Assembly: GCA_907165135.1 (NCBI GenBank)
Contig: OU015567.1
Coordinates: 7,688,001-7,752,000 of the forward strand
DNA length: 64,000 nt
Source: Oikopleura dioica
Taxonomy: Eukaryota > Animalia > Chordata
Reading direction: 5' to 3'
The translations under genes were made by a program, and so were the position numbers. Shown here in pieces: positions 24,593 through 36,948 of this stretch. The stretch's first letter is position 1, and each line of letters starts with the position of its first letter. The notes beneath the pieces are model-generated. The model was not told where the DNA came from, did not search any database, and saw only the letters and a program-made list of their open reading frames with translations.

Positions 24593-27368
24593 TTACTCGA
24601 ACTCGGCCTCGCGGCGGACCTCATCGTAGATCGGCAGCCTGGTCGGACTCAACGGCCCGAGGACCTTGTTGAGGATGGAGCGGACGGAGTTGGTGGACCG
24701 GTCGCGGCGCTCCTTGACCCGGCGCTTCGTGTTGTCGACTTTTCTTTTGCTCTTGTACTTGACGAATTCGGTCATTGTCACTTCATCCAGGGGCGAGGCT
24801 TGCTTGTTTTTTCCTGATCGCTGGCCGGCGACGGGCGTCGTGCTCATTTTCTGCGGCGGTTTGGTGGATGTGTAGCCGGTGCCGGACGCCATCGACGAGT
24901 TAAATCCGGCACCTGCGAGGGGTTGCCCCTTGCTGGGCCCTTTCATTGGGGCGAACGACCCCATGCCCCCTTGGGCTGCTGATGACTTCCCGCTACTGGC
25001 GGGACCATCCCAGGATCTGAACTGAAAGTCATTTAGAGATTTTTTAAGAGATAATATCCGTTTCTGTGCTCTAATGGGTTTTCGAAGGCGGGTGTTGTGA
25101 CAATCATGTTCCTAGTGAACGGTAAGCAACAAGCAAATAATTAATTTCAAAATAATCAATTATTTTGAAGGTTTTGGGAAGTTTTCATGCTAAAAATATA
25201 AAATTTGAGAAACCGAAAAAATCATAGTTTTTTCGTAAAAGCTATGAAGCGATTGATTTTTAAAAAGGTGGACCTACGAGTCGTCAGAGTATTCCGGAAT
25301 GCGAGTCCTAAGAAATTGAGCTTTAGCGAAAATTTGGATGTGTCAAATAAAGCAGATGTTTTTTTATGTTTTGGGGAAACAGGGAAGCTAAGGGTGTACG
25401 TACGATTTAGGGCCTGGTGCGAATGAGTTGAAGCGCGAAGGTGTGGGCGCGCTCGGCTCAACCGGTGACTGCTTTAGCTTCGTCGACTCATCGCTGGAAT
25501 CACTGCCATCGCTGTCTTTTGACCGGCTGAATAAGATACAGTTAATGAATTGTTTCACACTCAAGCCGGGGACAAAGTACAGCGACTTGGCAGCTGTTCA
25601 AAAACTTATGATTTGCTTAGACGCGCTAGAATTGGCCCTATACACCGTGACCGAGGATAAATTCGATTCAGAAATTGGATTTGGAAGTGATAAAGTATCC
25701 CTGCCAAAAAGAGGGATGGTGTTACAAGAAAATGTTTTCAAAGAAAAGTTTCGTTCAGAAAGTTTTCAATTAGGAGTTAATTAATTGCGACATTAATTAA
25801 ACCCCGCTCAGAGTAGCGATAATTTGATTGTTGCTGATTGTGCCAATTTGGAATAATTTGGGCCTAAGTGTGAACAACTACTGATTGACGGATATTATCT
25901 CGCGTGTGAATAAAAGAAGACGTTTTTATTTTCGCCTGAGAAGGTCGGCGACCTTTGCTTTACGACTGGCGGCTGTCTCTGAATGGAACTTACCCTTTGT
26001 CGGAGTCGTGGGGCCTCCGCGAGGTTGAACGCGAGCTCGAGCGGACCGATGAAGTGGCGAAGCTCTCCGAGTTCGCTTTTCGCTGCTCGACCAGGTAATT
26101 ATTTTCGGCGTAAATCGCCGCCGAGTACGAGTTATTATGGTTGTTCGGGTGGATCATTCGCTGCTGCTCCAAGTCCCGCGCGCGCTCTTCTTCCTTTTTG
26201 TTGAAACGCACGTACCAACAGAAACCTCCACCACACATACACACTGAAAATAAATTTCAATACAAGAAATAAAAAATAATATAAAAAAAGCTCTTTTATT
26301 TATCTTTCAAGGCTGATCTGAGGCGATAAATTGTTGGCCAGCTAAGCTAAATTGAGCTTCATTTCGAGGAAATTTCCTCGACAGGAACTTGTTTAATAGG
26401 CTTTCTCCTGTTGTGTCAACAAAGACGATATTAGACTTTTTTATGAAATAATAATCCCATTGAGTGAGATTTTATGAATCGGATTAAGGATGCATCAACG
26501 ACCTTTGTCGCAATCGCTCAAGCCACAGAGCGTTGTAAGAAAGACCACTAATTGTAAACGAACCGGTGCGCTGGAAGACGTTTTTAAGGTCTCCGTAATT
26601 GTTTATTTATCCAAGCGCTAAGGCGATTATATATTTATATACGCAGCAGCGGTATTTTTTCGAATCAACGAGTGATGATGAAGACATCTCCTTACGTCAA
26701 TAATAACAAATAATGGCAAAAATGGACGGGGAAAATGTCATGTGCAAAATAGGCTGTTTTACTTGACATTAGTTACTCGACTCGTAAAACTTGACATTTG
26801 ACTTGGGAAGAAAAAACAGCTAAAAAGTCGATAAATAGATTTCATCTTCAGTAGACTATGACTGTATTTTCAAATTGTTTTTTGATTTCTAAGCGGGGAA
26901 ATTTTCGGCTAATCTTGAAATTGCCGAGATTTGCTTATTTGATCATGTCTTAGGGAGGGCAAATTGCCCGGTAAATTGGCGCGCAGCATCAATTTTTTTA
27001 TTTCCTGATGGAGATGAAAATGTTGTAAATCAAGTTTTACTCAATTAATGATGCTCAAGTGCCAGATTTTTATTATAATCCGTCTTGAATCGACCATAAA
27101 CTATACGAAAACATGGTAACAACAGTTCGCTTTTATGATAAATACGTGGATTAACTTACCAACTACTAAAACAGAAACAATGACGAGGGAGGCAATGAGG
27201 ATTGGGGTGAGGTAAGTCATCGGATTATTATACTGCGACACTATCGCTTGCTGGTGTAATAGATCGCGTTGTGAATTAAGGAATTCTTTTTCTTCTTGCT
27301 TCGCTATCACATAGTCCAGCTCCTCCATGTCTGCTATCACTTTGTGGGGATCCATGTCTTCGTTAGCT
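24593..27368 (-). CDS. Single-pass transmembrane protein (3' exons only; upstream exons not resolved)
   Basis: Phase-compatible exons ~27161-27368 (…MTYLTPILIASLVIVSVLVV|, GTAAGT donor), ~25993-26244 (CMCGGGFCWYVRFNKKEEE…, GTAAGT donor), 25404-25526 and ~24595-25016 (GTAAGA donor). Confidence 0.65.
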
Positions 27369-29011
27369 CTGAATAATAATGTTACACACAATTCTTTCTT
27401 GATTAATAAGCAACAAGGTTTATAGCCTGTTTTATGAAAGTGACATAATACCGTTAGTTTTTATTAATGACCACCACTTGAACCTATTTTCGCGCTCTCA
27501 GACCCCACTTTTTAGGGCGATGAATAAATTCTCTCGTTCATCTTTTCTGTTTAGCTTTATTTTAAAAATAAAATCGCAGTTAATCGCGTTTGTTGAATTT
27601 TGTTTTGAAAATCGATTAGCGACACGTCGCGAGAAGGTGCGCTTTCGAAGGTCTTAGGACTTTTCAGAAGGCTGTGGACAGATATAAAATGTCCGTGAGG
27701 CAGGTTAGGAATTCGCCCAATGCTGCCTGTCTCAATGAATCCTCGAGAAGGTCCTAATCACGTGCCCATTCACGGTCCCGTCTTCTTGCTAATCGCGTTA
27801 TATCGCAAAGTGTAATGTTTAGGTTAAATAAAAGGACAAGACCGCACCAAAATATTTATACAAAAGATACCAATTCAGCCCTCGACGGATTGAATTCCGA
27901 CGCAAACATTATTTTATATCTAATTATCAGGCTATCCTTGAGAGCCTATGAAGAAGATTAAGAAGCTATATATAGACAATTTCAAAAATAACTGTTCAAA
28001 TAAGCATTTTCCTCGTTGTCTTCCTTGATTTCAAAAACATCATTACGTAAGCGTCTTGAGTTACGTACCAGTTTCTGGGGATAAACTTCTATAGAAGGTT
28101 TCATAAAAATTGAACTATCCTTTGTTCATTTCGACTCCGTGATTCTTTCTTTCCTGTGCTTCTGAATTACTCTCTCGGTGGGTACCAAAAAGTGGCGTTT
28201 TTCGAAATAAGATTTCTACAGCGCGTGACTAGCTCTTTTCATTTATTAGACAAGTGCGCCATTAAATCGTGCTCAGTCCTTTATTCATTGAGTCAATACT
28301 AAAATTGGAGGTCTGTACGCACCGGCCACCATGGCGACAAAAATCAGTGTGGTAAGATAGCCAAAATAGTACTCGTAGTAATGTTTATTCGCGAAAGGGC
28401 GCGCTACTACGAGGCTCTTTTCGGAAGATTGAAATAGTAGCTGGCGCTGTTGCCGTTTTCTCGGCCAATAGGAGAGCGTTACTGTCGGGGAAGGGGAGAG
28501 GCGGCCCGAGGCGCGGAGAAAATCACCAGTAGCGCTAGGTCAGGAAACAAGCTGCCATGGCGACTGTCTGATAATATTTTGACAAGAATGAAATGCGAGC
28601 GGAATGTCAAAACGTGAATTATGCCACTGATGATAGTCAAACACCGTCATCAGTTGATCTTTCTACGATAAATGACAGGCGAAAACACTAGAACTCGCCT
28701 TGGCTACAACGAGGCAGCAAGGACAAGTTCTGCGGTAATCCTTAGGTCATCTCGGCGCTTAACTTAGCATAAATCTTTGCAGAAGAGAGGCGACGCAGAT
28801 GAGTTTGCAAAACGGAAGCTTTCCGACTTATCGGCGGGCGATAAGGGCGAGTCCCTTTTTCGTTGAACATGGCCCAGGTTGCAACCGCGCGCGCCCGCGA
28901 AATTCTCATTTACAATTATTTCATTTTCCATTTTTTCCCAAGAATATCTGGCTCGCAGCTCTTGAATTCGAAAAGAACCGTACAATTGTCAATCGTCTTT
29001 TAGTCCCTTAA

Positions 29012-29290
29012 CCCTACGCCGCCAAATGTGCCATATATGGCACAAGGGCTTTCCAAAACCCATTTTTCTCTCCGTCATCATTTCGGGTTCTTCCATTTTT
29101 ACTCATTTTCGGGCAATAGTCTGGGCTTTGGTTTGGGTTCATTTTTGAGCTCGGGTTCTGGTTCGAGTTCGGATCTTGGTTAAGGTTCGGGTTCGGCCAT
29201 TATATGGGGCCTAGGACGACGGAAAAGATGATGTGCCATATATGGCACATTTGGCGGCGGGGGGTGAAATTTTAGTTTGGCGGCGTAAGG
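29012..29290. mobile_element. piggyBac-type MITE (279 bp), TTAA TSD
   Basis: TTAA at 29008-29011 and 29291-29294; 15-bp TIR CC(C/T)TACGCCGCCAAA; subterminal palindrome TGTGCCATATATGGCACA at both ends. Confidence 0.88.
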
Positions 29291-32200
29291 TTAAAATTAG
29301 TTGGAAAGATAGTTGAAGATTTTCTTTCTTTGATCCCTTTTTCGCCCCTTGTATTTAAATTGATACGGTGTTTGGTACAGATGATAAGAATGCTAAATAT
29401 ATTTCGCGCACGTGTGATTAAGGCTTCCCACCGAGCTAGTTTAGGATTTATCCGCTTTTTCGGTGTACCGATAAGTATTGATAGCGCCCAGGTCCGGTGC
29501 CCGTGATGTGGTCAGCAGCCAGGGACGATTACTTTCGCTATTAGCGAGAGATAAGCAGCTATCGTGGCTCTGTAATAGCTTGCGGAACGGTAGGGACTCT
29601 GCTTGTGCCAAAAGTATGTTCCCAAAACAGCGATAATGATTTTGAGAATAAACACTAATACACGGCGGAAACAAGTGTACTAAGCACATTTATCAGGCGG
29701 TTGATTAGGGCATCAAGTCGTTGATTAACGGAAAAGACTACCTGACCACGCCCGGCCACTCAATATGCTCTTTATCCGAGTCAAAGGATGAAAAATGCAG
29801 TGAAGATCTGAAGAAGCGAGAATTTCAAAGGAAGCGCTTCTTGCGAAAATTGGGCGTTTTTCATTTGTAAATACGGTTGTAACCCTTGATAGCCGAAATC
29901 GCGAAGAAGACGAGAGAGAATCATTACTGGCTCATGAAAGTTTGTGAAGATCGAGTTTACAGTTGAAAGAACACGTCATGCTTCAGTGATGATAGAATTA
30001 GTCGCGTTTGAATATTTTATTAATACTTAATTGACATATTAATTGACATATAATACATAAATAGACAGCTTGCGTTAAAAAGTGACTCTCAGAATGGAAA
30101 GTAATTAGCCCTGAAAGGAGGATGGAATTAACCGGTAAAATGGAACAGGCGCGGGTATAACGAATGAGCAGATCCGGTCGGAAGAGCTCGGCGTGAAATC
30201 GATCGCTAATTAGCATTAAAATATTGGGCGGACGGATACACACAGGGGCGCGATTAGAGCGCCATTCAGTTGACAAAGCGACCGGTTGGTAGCGGTTGCT
30301 CCCGCCGTTTGGACCGCCACCGCGGCTGGTTTTATGCATTTGCGCACGCCGCAGAGCTCAAATCCGCAGATAATCGCGAGTAAGGAGTTGACGCGATTCA
30401 CGCATTTTTCAACGCCGCGGAGTTATGTCACCTTGTTTTCAATAAGAAGCCTAAGCCGCGTAAAAAAGGGTAACAACGGAGTAAAGCTCTTGTGACTTTT
30501 TAGACTAAAGAAGGAAGAAATCCGCGGTTCCAAGGGAAAGAGATAGACATTTCCAGAAATTGTAAGCGGCTCAATCTACCCGGAAGCGGATCGATCTCAT
30601 CGATTTTAGCTAGAGCTGCGGATGATCCTTCCGGCGGGTAATTCGTAAAAATCCCGCGCGCCCACAACTTCGCCACAACCCTGTCTCATCCATCAGAATA
30701 AACGGGGAAGCCGTTTTTAGGTCTTTTGACTTGCGGTTTTTCATAGTACTATTATCTCACGAGAAAGGACGCGCACGTGAAGATCCAGGTCTAGAAGCTC
30801 TACGGCGGTGCCTTTGAAGCGCTTCCGGCTCGGCTAGGTCGAGTACCGTTCCGTCAAAAAGATCACTACTGAATTGAATTTCTCCGCCGCGTACGACCGT
30901 CAATTAACCCTCACAGGTGCAACGGGGCGCGGCTCGGCCGAGGAGACCCAAATGCACCGGAATAGCGCAATTACACACACTTGCTTATTACACCAACGAG
31001 ACCTGATGCCAAATGCTATTTTCAGAATTTAATTCAAGTAAAGATCGTAGTTACGATTTTTCCAGAAAAATATTCTAAAAAGGCGAAAACATATTTTTTG
31101 AATATCGAGTTGGGCTAAACAAAGCTGTGTCGTTAGAATCGACCATGTGAACTTCGATGACATCAAATGTCAACGCTAACATCAGTTTTCGACATGTGCC
31201 ACCGTGTTCCTGTGTGCTAGAATGCGATTACGTAGCTGTTTGCTGTCCGATTCAGTCATTTTCTTGGCATTTTTGTTTGAAATAAGAACATTTTTTCCCT
31301 TTTTGCATGATTTAAATAACGTCAGTTATCAATTTGAGCTGTCAAAGTTAGGATAATTTAACGATAAACAATAACGATTTTTGGCTGTACGGGAAGCAGC
31401 TGAGCAAAAGTCATCAACACGCTCGCGCAAAAATAGTATTTTACGATGTCTTTTCGCCGCATCGAATGATCAGGTTTCGTAAAAGACAATCGCAGCGGGG
31501 GAACTCAACTAAACACGGGAACAAAGGAGCGCACCTCTCTCGTGGGAAATGACTATCTCAGACTGAGCGACAAAGTTTTCAGGTGAAGGGTAAGCTTGTA
31601 AGACTTGTCATTGAAATCAAGTCGAGGTTTTCGATGTCGCAATTGCCAAAAACTGAAGACATGGAGGAAAACCGCCAAAAATCCGTCCTATGTCGATTGT
31701 GGCCGATCTGTGTAAGATAGAAAGTCGCCACATTATGTCCCGGTGGTGGTGGCGCAGGTGCATCTTTTCAGTCACGTCCGTGCCTCACCTTGACATGGTT
31801 GGACTCTCCCCACCCGCGGTTTGTCAAATGGCGTTATTTACTCAGCCAACATCGGAGGCGAAATTTCATTTTTCTTTCGATTTCGACAGGACGAAAGAAA
31901 AATTTTTGAATAAAACAAAACTCAAGACGGGACAGCTCACACACAGGGCTCACGCGCCTCGGGGCAGGCCGAGTGCAATCGTGGTTTGTCTTCAAAGAAC
32001 TGTGGGAAGTGGCGAAACTGCTACTTTACTACACGCCCGGGTCGGAAAATTGAGTCGTTAAAATGTTTCAATAGATTAACTCTCGCTAGCTCGTAGTAAA
32101 TCGAGAAAAAACCAGTGAGTAAGCGATTTATTTACTACTGAGCGTAATCATCCTCCAGCACGCTTCTCAGGAAAGAGCGAAGGTCAAAGGAATAGTAGTA

Positions 32201-35200
32201 GCTTCACGTAATGGCTATAAATGGAACCGTTTCAGTGTTATCAGCGGTGATGCATTGTGTCTCCCGCTGAGCCGATGTACATGCGAAAAAGGCGGTCTGA
32301 CAAGTAGTCAACTGGTGAAATCGGAGAACTCTGTCGGCACGGTGCATTACCGCCTCATCTCCTTTCCCGCGTCCGGTGAGATCGCACCTAAGGGCCACGG
32401 GCACCTACGGGAGACATCACATTTTTCACCTCTTGACTAAACACCGTATGTTCCCTTCAAATAGCCCGTGCGACGTCCCGTCATGTCAGGGTTGATATTT
32501 AAACTGGTTTAACCCGGTTACGCTCAATTGGGAATTCTGGAGTTCTGAGTTTATTTTCATCACCTGTTCTATTTTCGTTCTGTAGGATGATAGCTTCTCT
32601 TGCTGCTCTTTTTCTCCGCCATGTGTAGCGTGGGAGAAGGAAAGTAGATAGAGCTGTTCAGAGAAGCTACAACCCGAGAAGTGGAAAGATACTAGCCAGT
32701 TTGTGTACTTTACTTGGACACAGTTACTACTCGTCCTATCTTTCCCCGCGCCGAGTTCTATTTAACCACGTGCTACGATTGAAAAGGAAAAAAGTGCGAT
32801 CGTAATGTCTATCGCGACGCGGGCTGGCAAGCTTCCAGTTCTGGACAGAAGAAATTTGTAAAACAGTAACACTAGCCGATGAAGATCCCCTCGAGCCTGG
32901 AGTAGAAGGAGAGGACTCGAGGGCACAAGTGCCGGTCTAGGCGGAAGTACAAGGAAGATGAAAAGGTCAAAGAGGGCCAGGCCAGACACTTGAGATAGCC
33001 GGGTATCATATCAAGTGATCGGGAAATGATAGCTCGAAAAAAAAACGTAAAGTGGGCCATGCGGAGATACTTTATGGCTGCTCGTAAATCTACCCCTCAC
33101 GAGCCCTTTGAATTCATTTTCTGCTTGAAATCATATCAATACAATCGCGCCCTTTTATTGAACCCTAAATAAGAATCACGGGAAAAAGGGCTGAATATTC
33201 GAAAATTTTCGCAACTTGCGCTTAGCTTGGGTTTAATCCTCAAATTTAAAAATTTCCATGAGCGCTCAAGGAATCACTGGAGCGGGGAAAATCACGGATT
33301 CTGGCATTTTCAAGCGTGGCATTTTTCAAATATGTCCGACACGTACCTGCTATGATAGGACCCTCCTACGTCCTGTAAAAGGCGTTCCATGACCTTTTCT
33401 TAGGTCACAGAGGCTTGATTCTGATTTTTCTTTCTTCTGAAAAATCTCTAGTTCTCCTTTTTCTTGGGAGTTTTTTCGTATCTCTTTTTGGTTTTAGGGT
33501 TTTTTCACTCTTCGGCGATGTTCTCGGTATTTCTTCCGTTCACTTGATTTCCGTTTGCTTTTGATCTCCAGGTCGTTTTTTATACAATCGGGATGAGTTT
33601 TATCTTTTTCGGTGGAAAAAATTAACTCAATGGAAATAGTGTTGATGGATGGTTGTGTGCTTGGTCGCCGCCGTGCGGTGGAGCTTGCGAGAGAGAGGAG
33701 CACGGCGCAATCATCAGGCAACCCACGAGGTCGTAACTGCGCCCTGAAGCGTTTAGAAGTTGGCTATGCTCGCCGGAAACTTAACCCCGGTAGGGCCAGA
33801 GGCACCGTGGAGGTGGAGCCGAGCCGCGTTACTACGCCAGACCAGACTAGGGTGGAGCATAACTTCATATTTTTGTTACTCTTCGTCTTATTATTTAATA
33901 ATTTTTTCAGGGAAACATCCTCATCATCTCCGTTATTGGAAAAAGGCTTTGTTAATTCCATTATTTCGATCTATCATTTACCTTCTTCACATCATTTACG
34001 ATTATAAGAACCAACATAATGAAAATTTATAGCCACAAATCTTTATTTATGGCCATAAATACAAATTTATGACCTTTATGAAGCGGTTTTTAGGGTATTA
34101 TTTCGGTAGATTTCAAGATTTTTATTTTCGTAATTACGAAATCATCGAGCTTCTCCGCTCACCCTATCCATGAGTCAACGCTCATGATCATCCCTTTTTT
34201 TGTTCCAAGCGCGGCGAAAGTAGTAAGAAGCGCTGGAGGAAGCGCGCGTTGGCGGAGATGCTGCTGGTGGTGTTGGACGTAGACCCCACCTGGTGGTGGA
34301 GACAACAAGACGCCACCAAGATGGATAATTGGGGAGAACGACAGGAAGTTAGGGAACGAAATAAGTGCCTTTGCCGACAAGAATAAAATGCGCGCACAGC
34401 GTTGTGTATACCATGACAAGAAAAATGTTCCTGTTCTAATTCCAGCGACGATGTTGGAAATTATTATGTTCTCACCAACTAAAGACCTACTAAAAACACT
34501 CGGAACTTCATTGAATTCTTCATAAAATAATTTCAAGGATAATAAATAGCGTAACGATGAGACTAGCGATAACATTTTATCGATATTTTCAACCGTATTT
34601 CTTCATAAAAGATTCTTCTCATCCTGATTACACTTATCCTCACCTCTATCAGCCGTCGTTCTATGAACCGTGAAAACGATAATTACGAAAGCATCATTCT
34701 GGCAAGGTGTATTCCGTAGGCGCATATCTAGGCTATCATTTTTATGGAAAAAGATTTGGAGACCTGTTTGGAAGGAAAACAAGATCAAAGCGGCAGCTGA
34801 CCGTGTCGGTACAACTGCTCGGCCGATAAGCTCCCCACCGAGCGGTTTCGTTTCTTCTGTTGCATTTCTTTTCTTTCTTATTTTGAACAATTCGTGGCTG
34901 ACGATTTAAAATTGCCGTAATCATTACCACAAAAAAACGGTCACTTAGAAACCATAAAGAAGAACTTGGTAATAACATTTTATGCCGCCATAAGTAAAAT
35001 GATTTGAGAGATTCACACGCGCTTACGATTCACGAGCAGTATCCATGATTCTTTCAAAGAAATACGACGCAATTCCGCGGACGTCCGCCGAACAATCACC
35101 CGGAACATTCGAAAAGAACCGCGTAGAAGAAGAAGAACGGGGCGACGAATCTTTGAATGCGGTTCTTTTTTTTGAAAAGAAAGGAAACTTATTGTCCAAT

Positions 35201-36948
35201 TATGAATTCTTTTGTAGTTCAAAATCGTCGCTGATTATTCTTCTTTTGAGAAAAAACTACTGTTTCTGAATAGAACTCGTGGAATATTCTACAGCCTGGG
35301 CAGATTCTACGCCGTGAAAAAGGATCAAAAGCGTGAGAAGTTTTCGGAAGAACGCGTTTGTTGTCTCAGTGATCCATCCAACAAAAGGTAGTATTGTTGT
35401 ATTTCCGTCGAAGAATAAAAAATACGTATAACTTGGCCGAGTACCAAATTGAGATAATTTGATGCCAGTTTACAGCTCCGTCGAGCATCAATGATGATAA
35501 AATGATAGTTGCCAGAAGACAGGAGTGTTTTGTAAGAAGCTACTCGACAAGAAACGTGTTGTTTCGGGAGCAAATTTAATCAGCCTCTGAAGAGCACTCA
35601 CGAGTTAGTAATTTTTTCTAGCGTCGAATAGCTAGACACTGACTACTAACAACTTCTAATAACAGTCATTTTGAGCAATTTGCTGAAGAAATTCTTAATT
35701 GAACTTGAATTATAAAGCTGGAAAAATCGAGCCGAATCGTCAAGAAAGAAATCTTCAAAGCAAGAAATAAAAGTTCAATAAACATAAATTCCTTTTTCAG
35801 ACGAGTGTTCAAAAAGAACCACTGTTTGAGGCAAAACAAGATTTGCCCAGAAGCGCGTTATCTCCTCACACAAAAATAATCGTCCAAACAATGCCTGCCC
35901 TATTGTCCCGTGGCTTTAGTTTTTCTTCGGCAATGCGCCAAAAGCACCCTTTAGGCCGGCGCCTTGAGCTGCTTTATCTCAGCAGCTGTCTAAATTTACA
36001 CACTCTCTTTGGTAAATTTAATTTATTCAATTTATAACTCTCCAGGAAAACCTTTGAAAATCGGAAATATTCAAACACTAGAAGCGTTTTTTTTTGCTAA
36101 AAAGACTCATCAAGGGTGCTCTAGATAAGAAGAAACTTACGAAACGTCATGTTTATTTGGTACGAAAAAGATTTATTGGCGACTTTGAAATGGAAGTCAA
36201 AGACTTTGTAGTTTTAAGCGCGCCTCGTAACTCACAAACATTTCGGATCATCAAACCCTGCGGTCACTTTTATGTCTTTTCTTTATTTTGGCGGCGAGTT
36301 CGAAAACTAAATTTCAGCGGGTCAAATTCTAAGTGGACTTAAAACTATATGTTTGCCTCTAAACAGCGAGTAAAGACAATTTCAAGAGCTTGCATTTCAT
36401 TTCAGTGCTCGAGGAATAAACTAAAGAGTTAAAGGCGATTACTAAGGCAAACATTTTGGCCAAGCACGTCAAATTGGCTAAACGAGCCACTTCCGAAATT
36501 TCCGAAAAAATTTTTAGAAAGAAATTTTTGAAGCACGTCCGGGCGCATTTTCCTCTTTTTCGCGGGTAATTGGCAAATAATCAAATATTTTGAGGACAAA
36601 AATTTTGAAGCAATCAACTGAAATTTTATTCTCCGGGCAGAAGCCCTGAATTTATTATGTAAGTAAATAGCCCAGTAGTCTGGGAAAAAGGTGTCGAGTG
36701 TTCCAATTTTGAATTTATTATCTTGACCTTCTTTTTGAAAAGATAAAATCTCACCACTAAAACTAGGAAAGTGGGCTTGAGTGCACCCACCTGTTCCATT
36801 TCCCCAGCTCTTACCCAGACTCTCGGCCACAGAGCCTTGAGCCTTGGGTTAACTGACCTTGAAGACCTGATTTGATCATCAAATAATTGCTAAGTTTGCA
36901 TCATAAAATCACGTAAACATCCAAATTGGAAGTCGAAAACACAGAGAA

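Noticed and set aside
25428-25784. 118-aa plus-strand ORF
   Set aside because: Overlaps a phase-compatible minus-strand exon (25404-25526) of the TM gene; no motifs.
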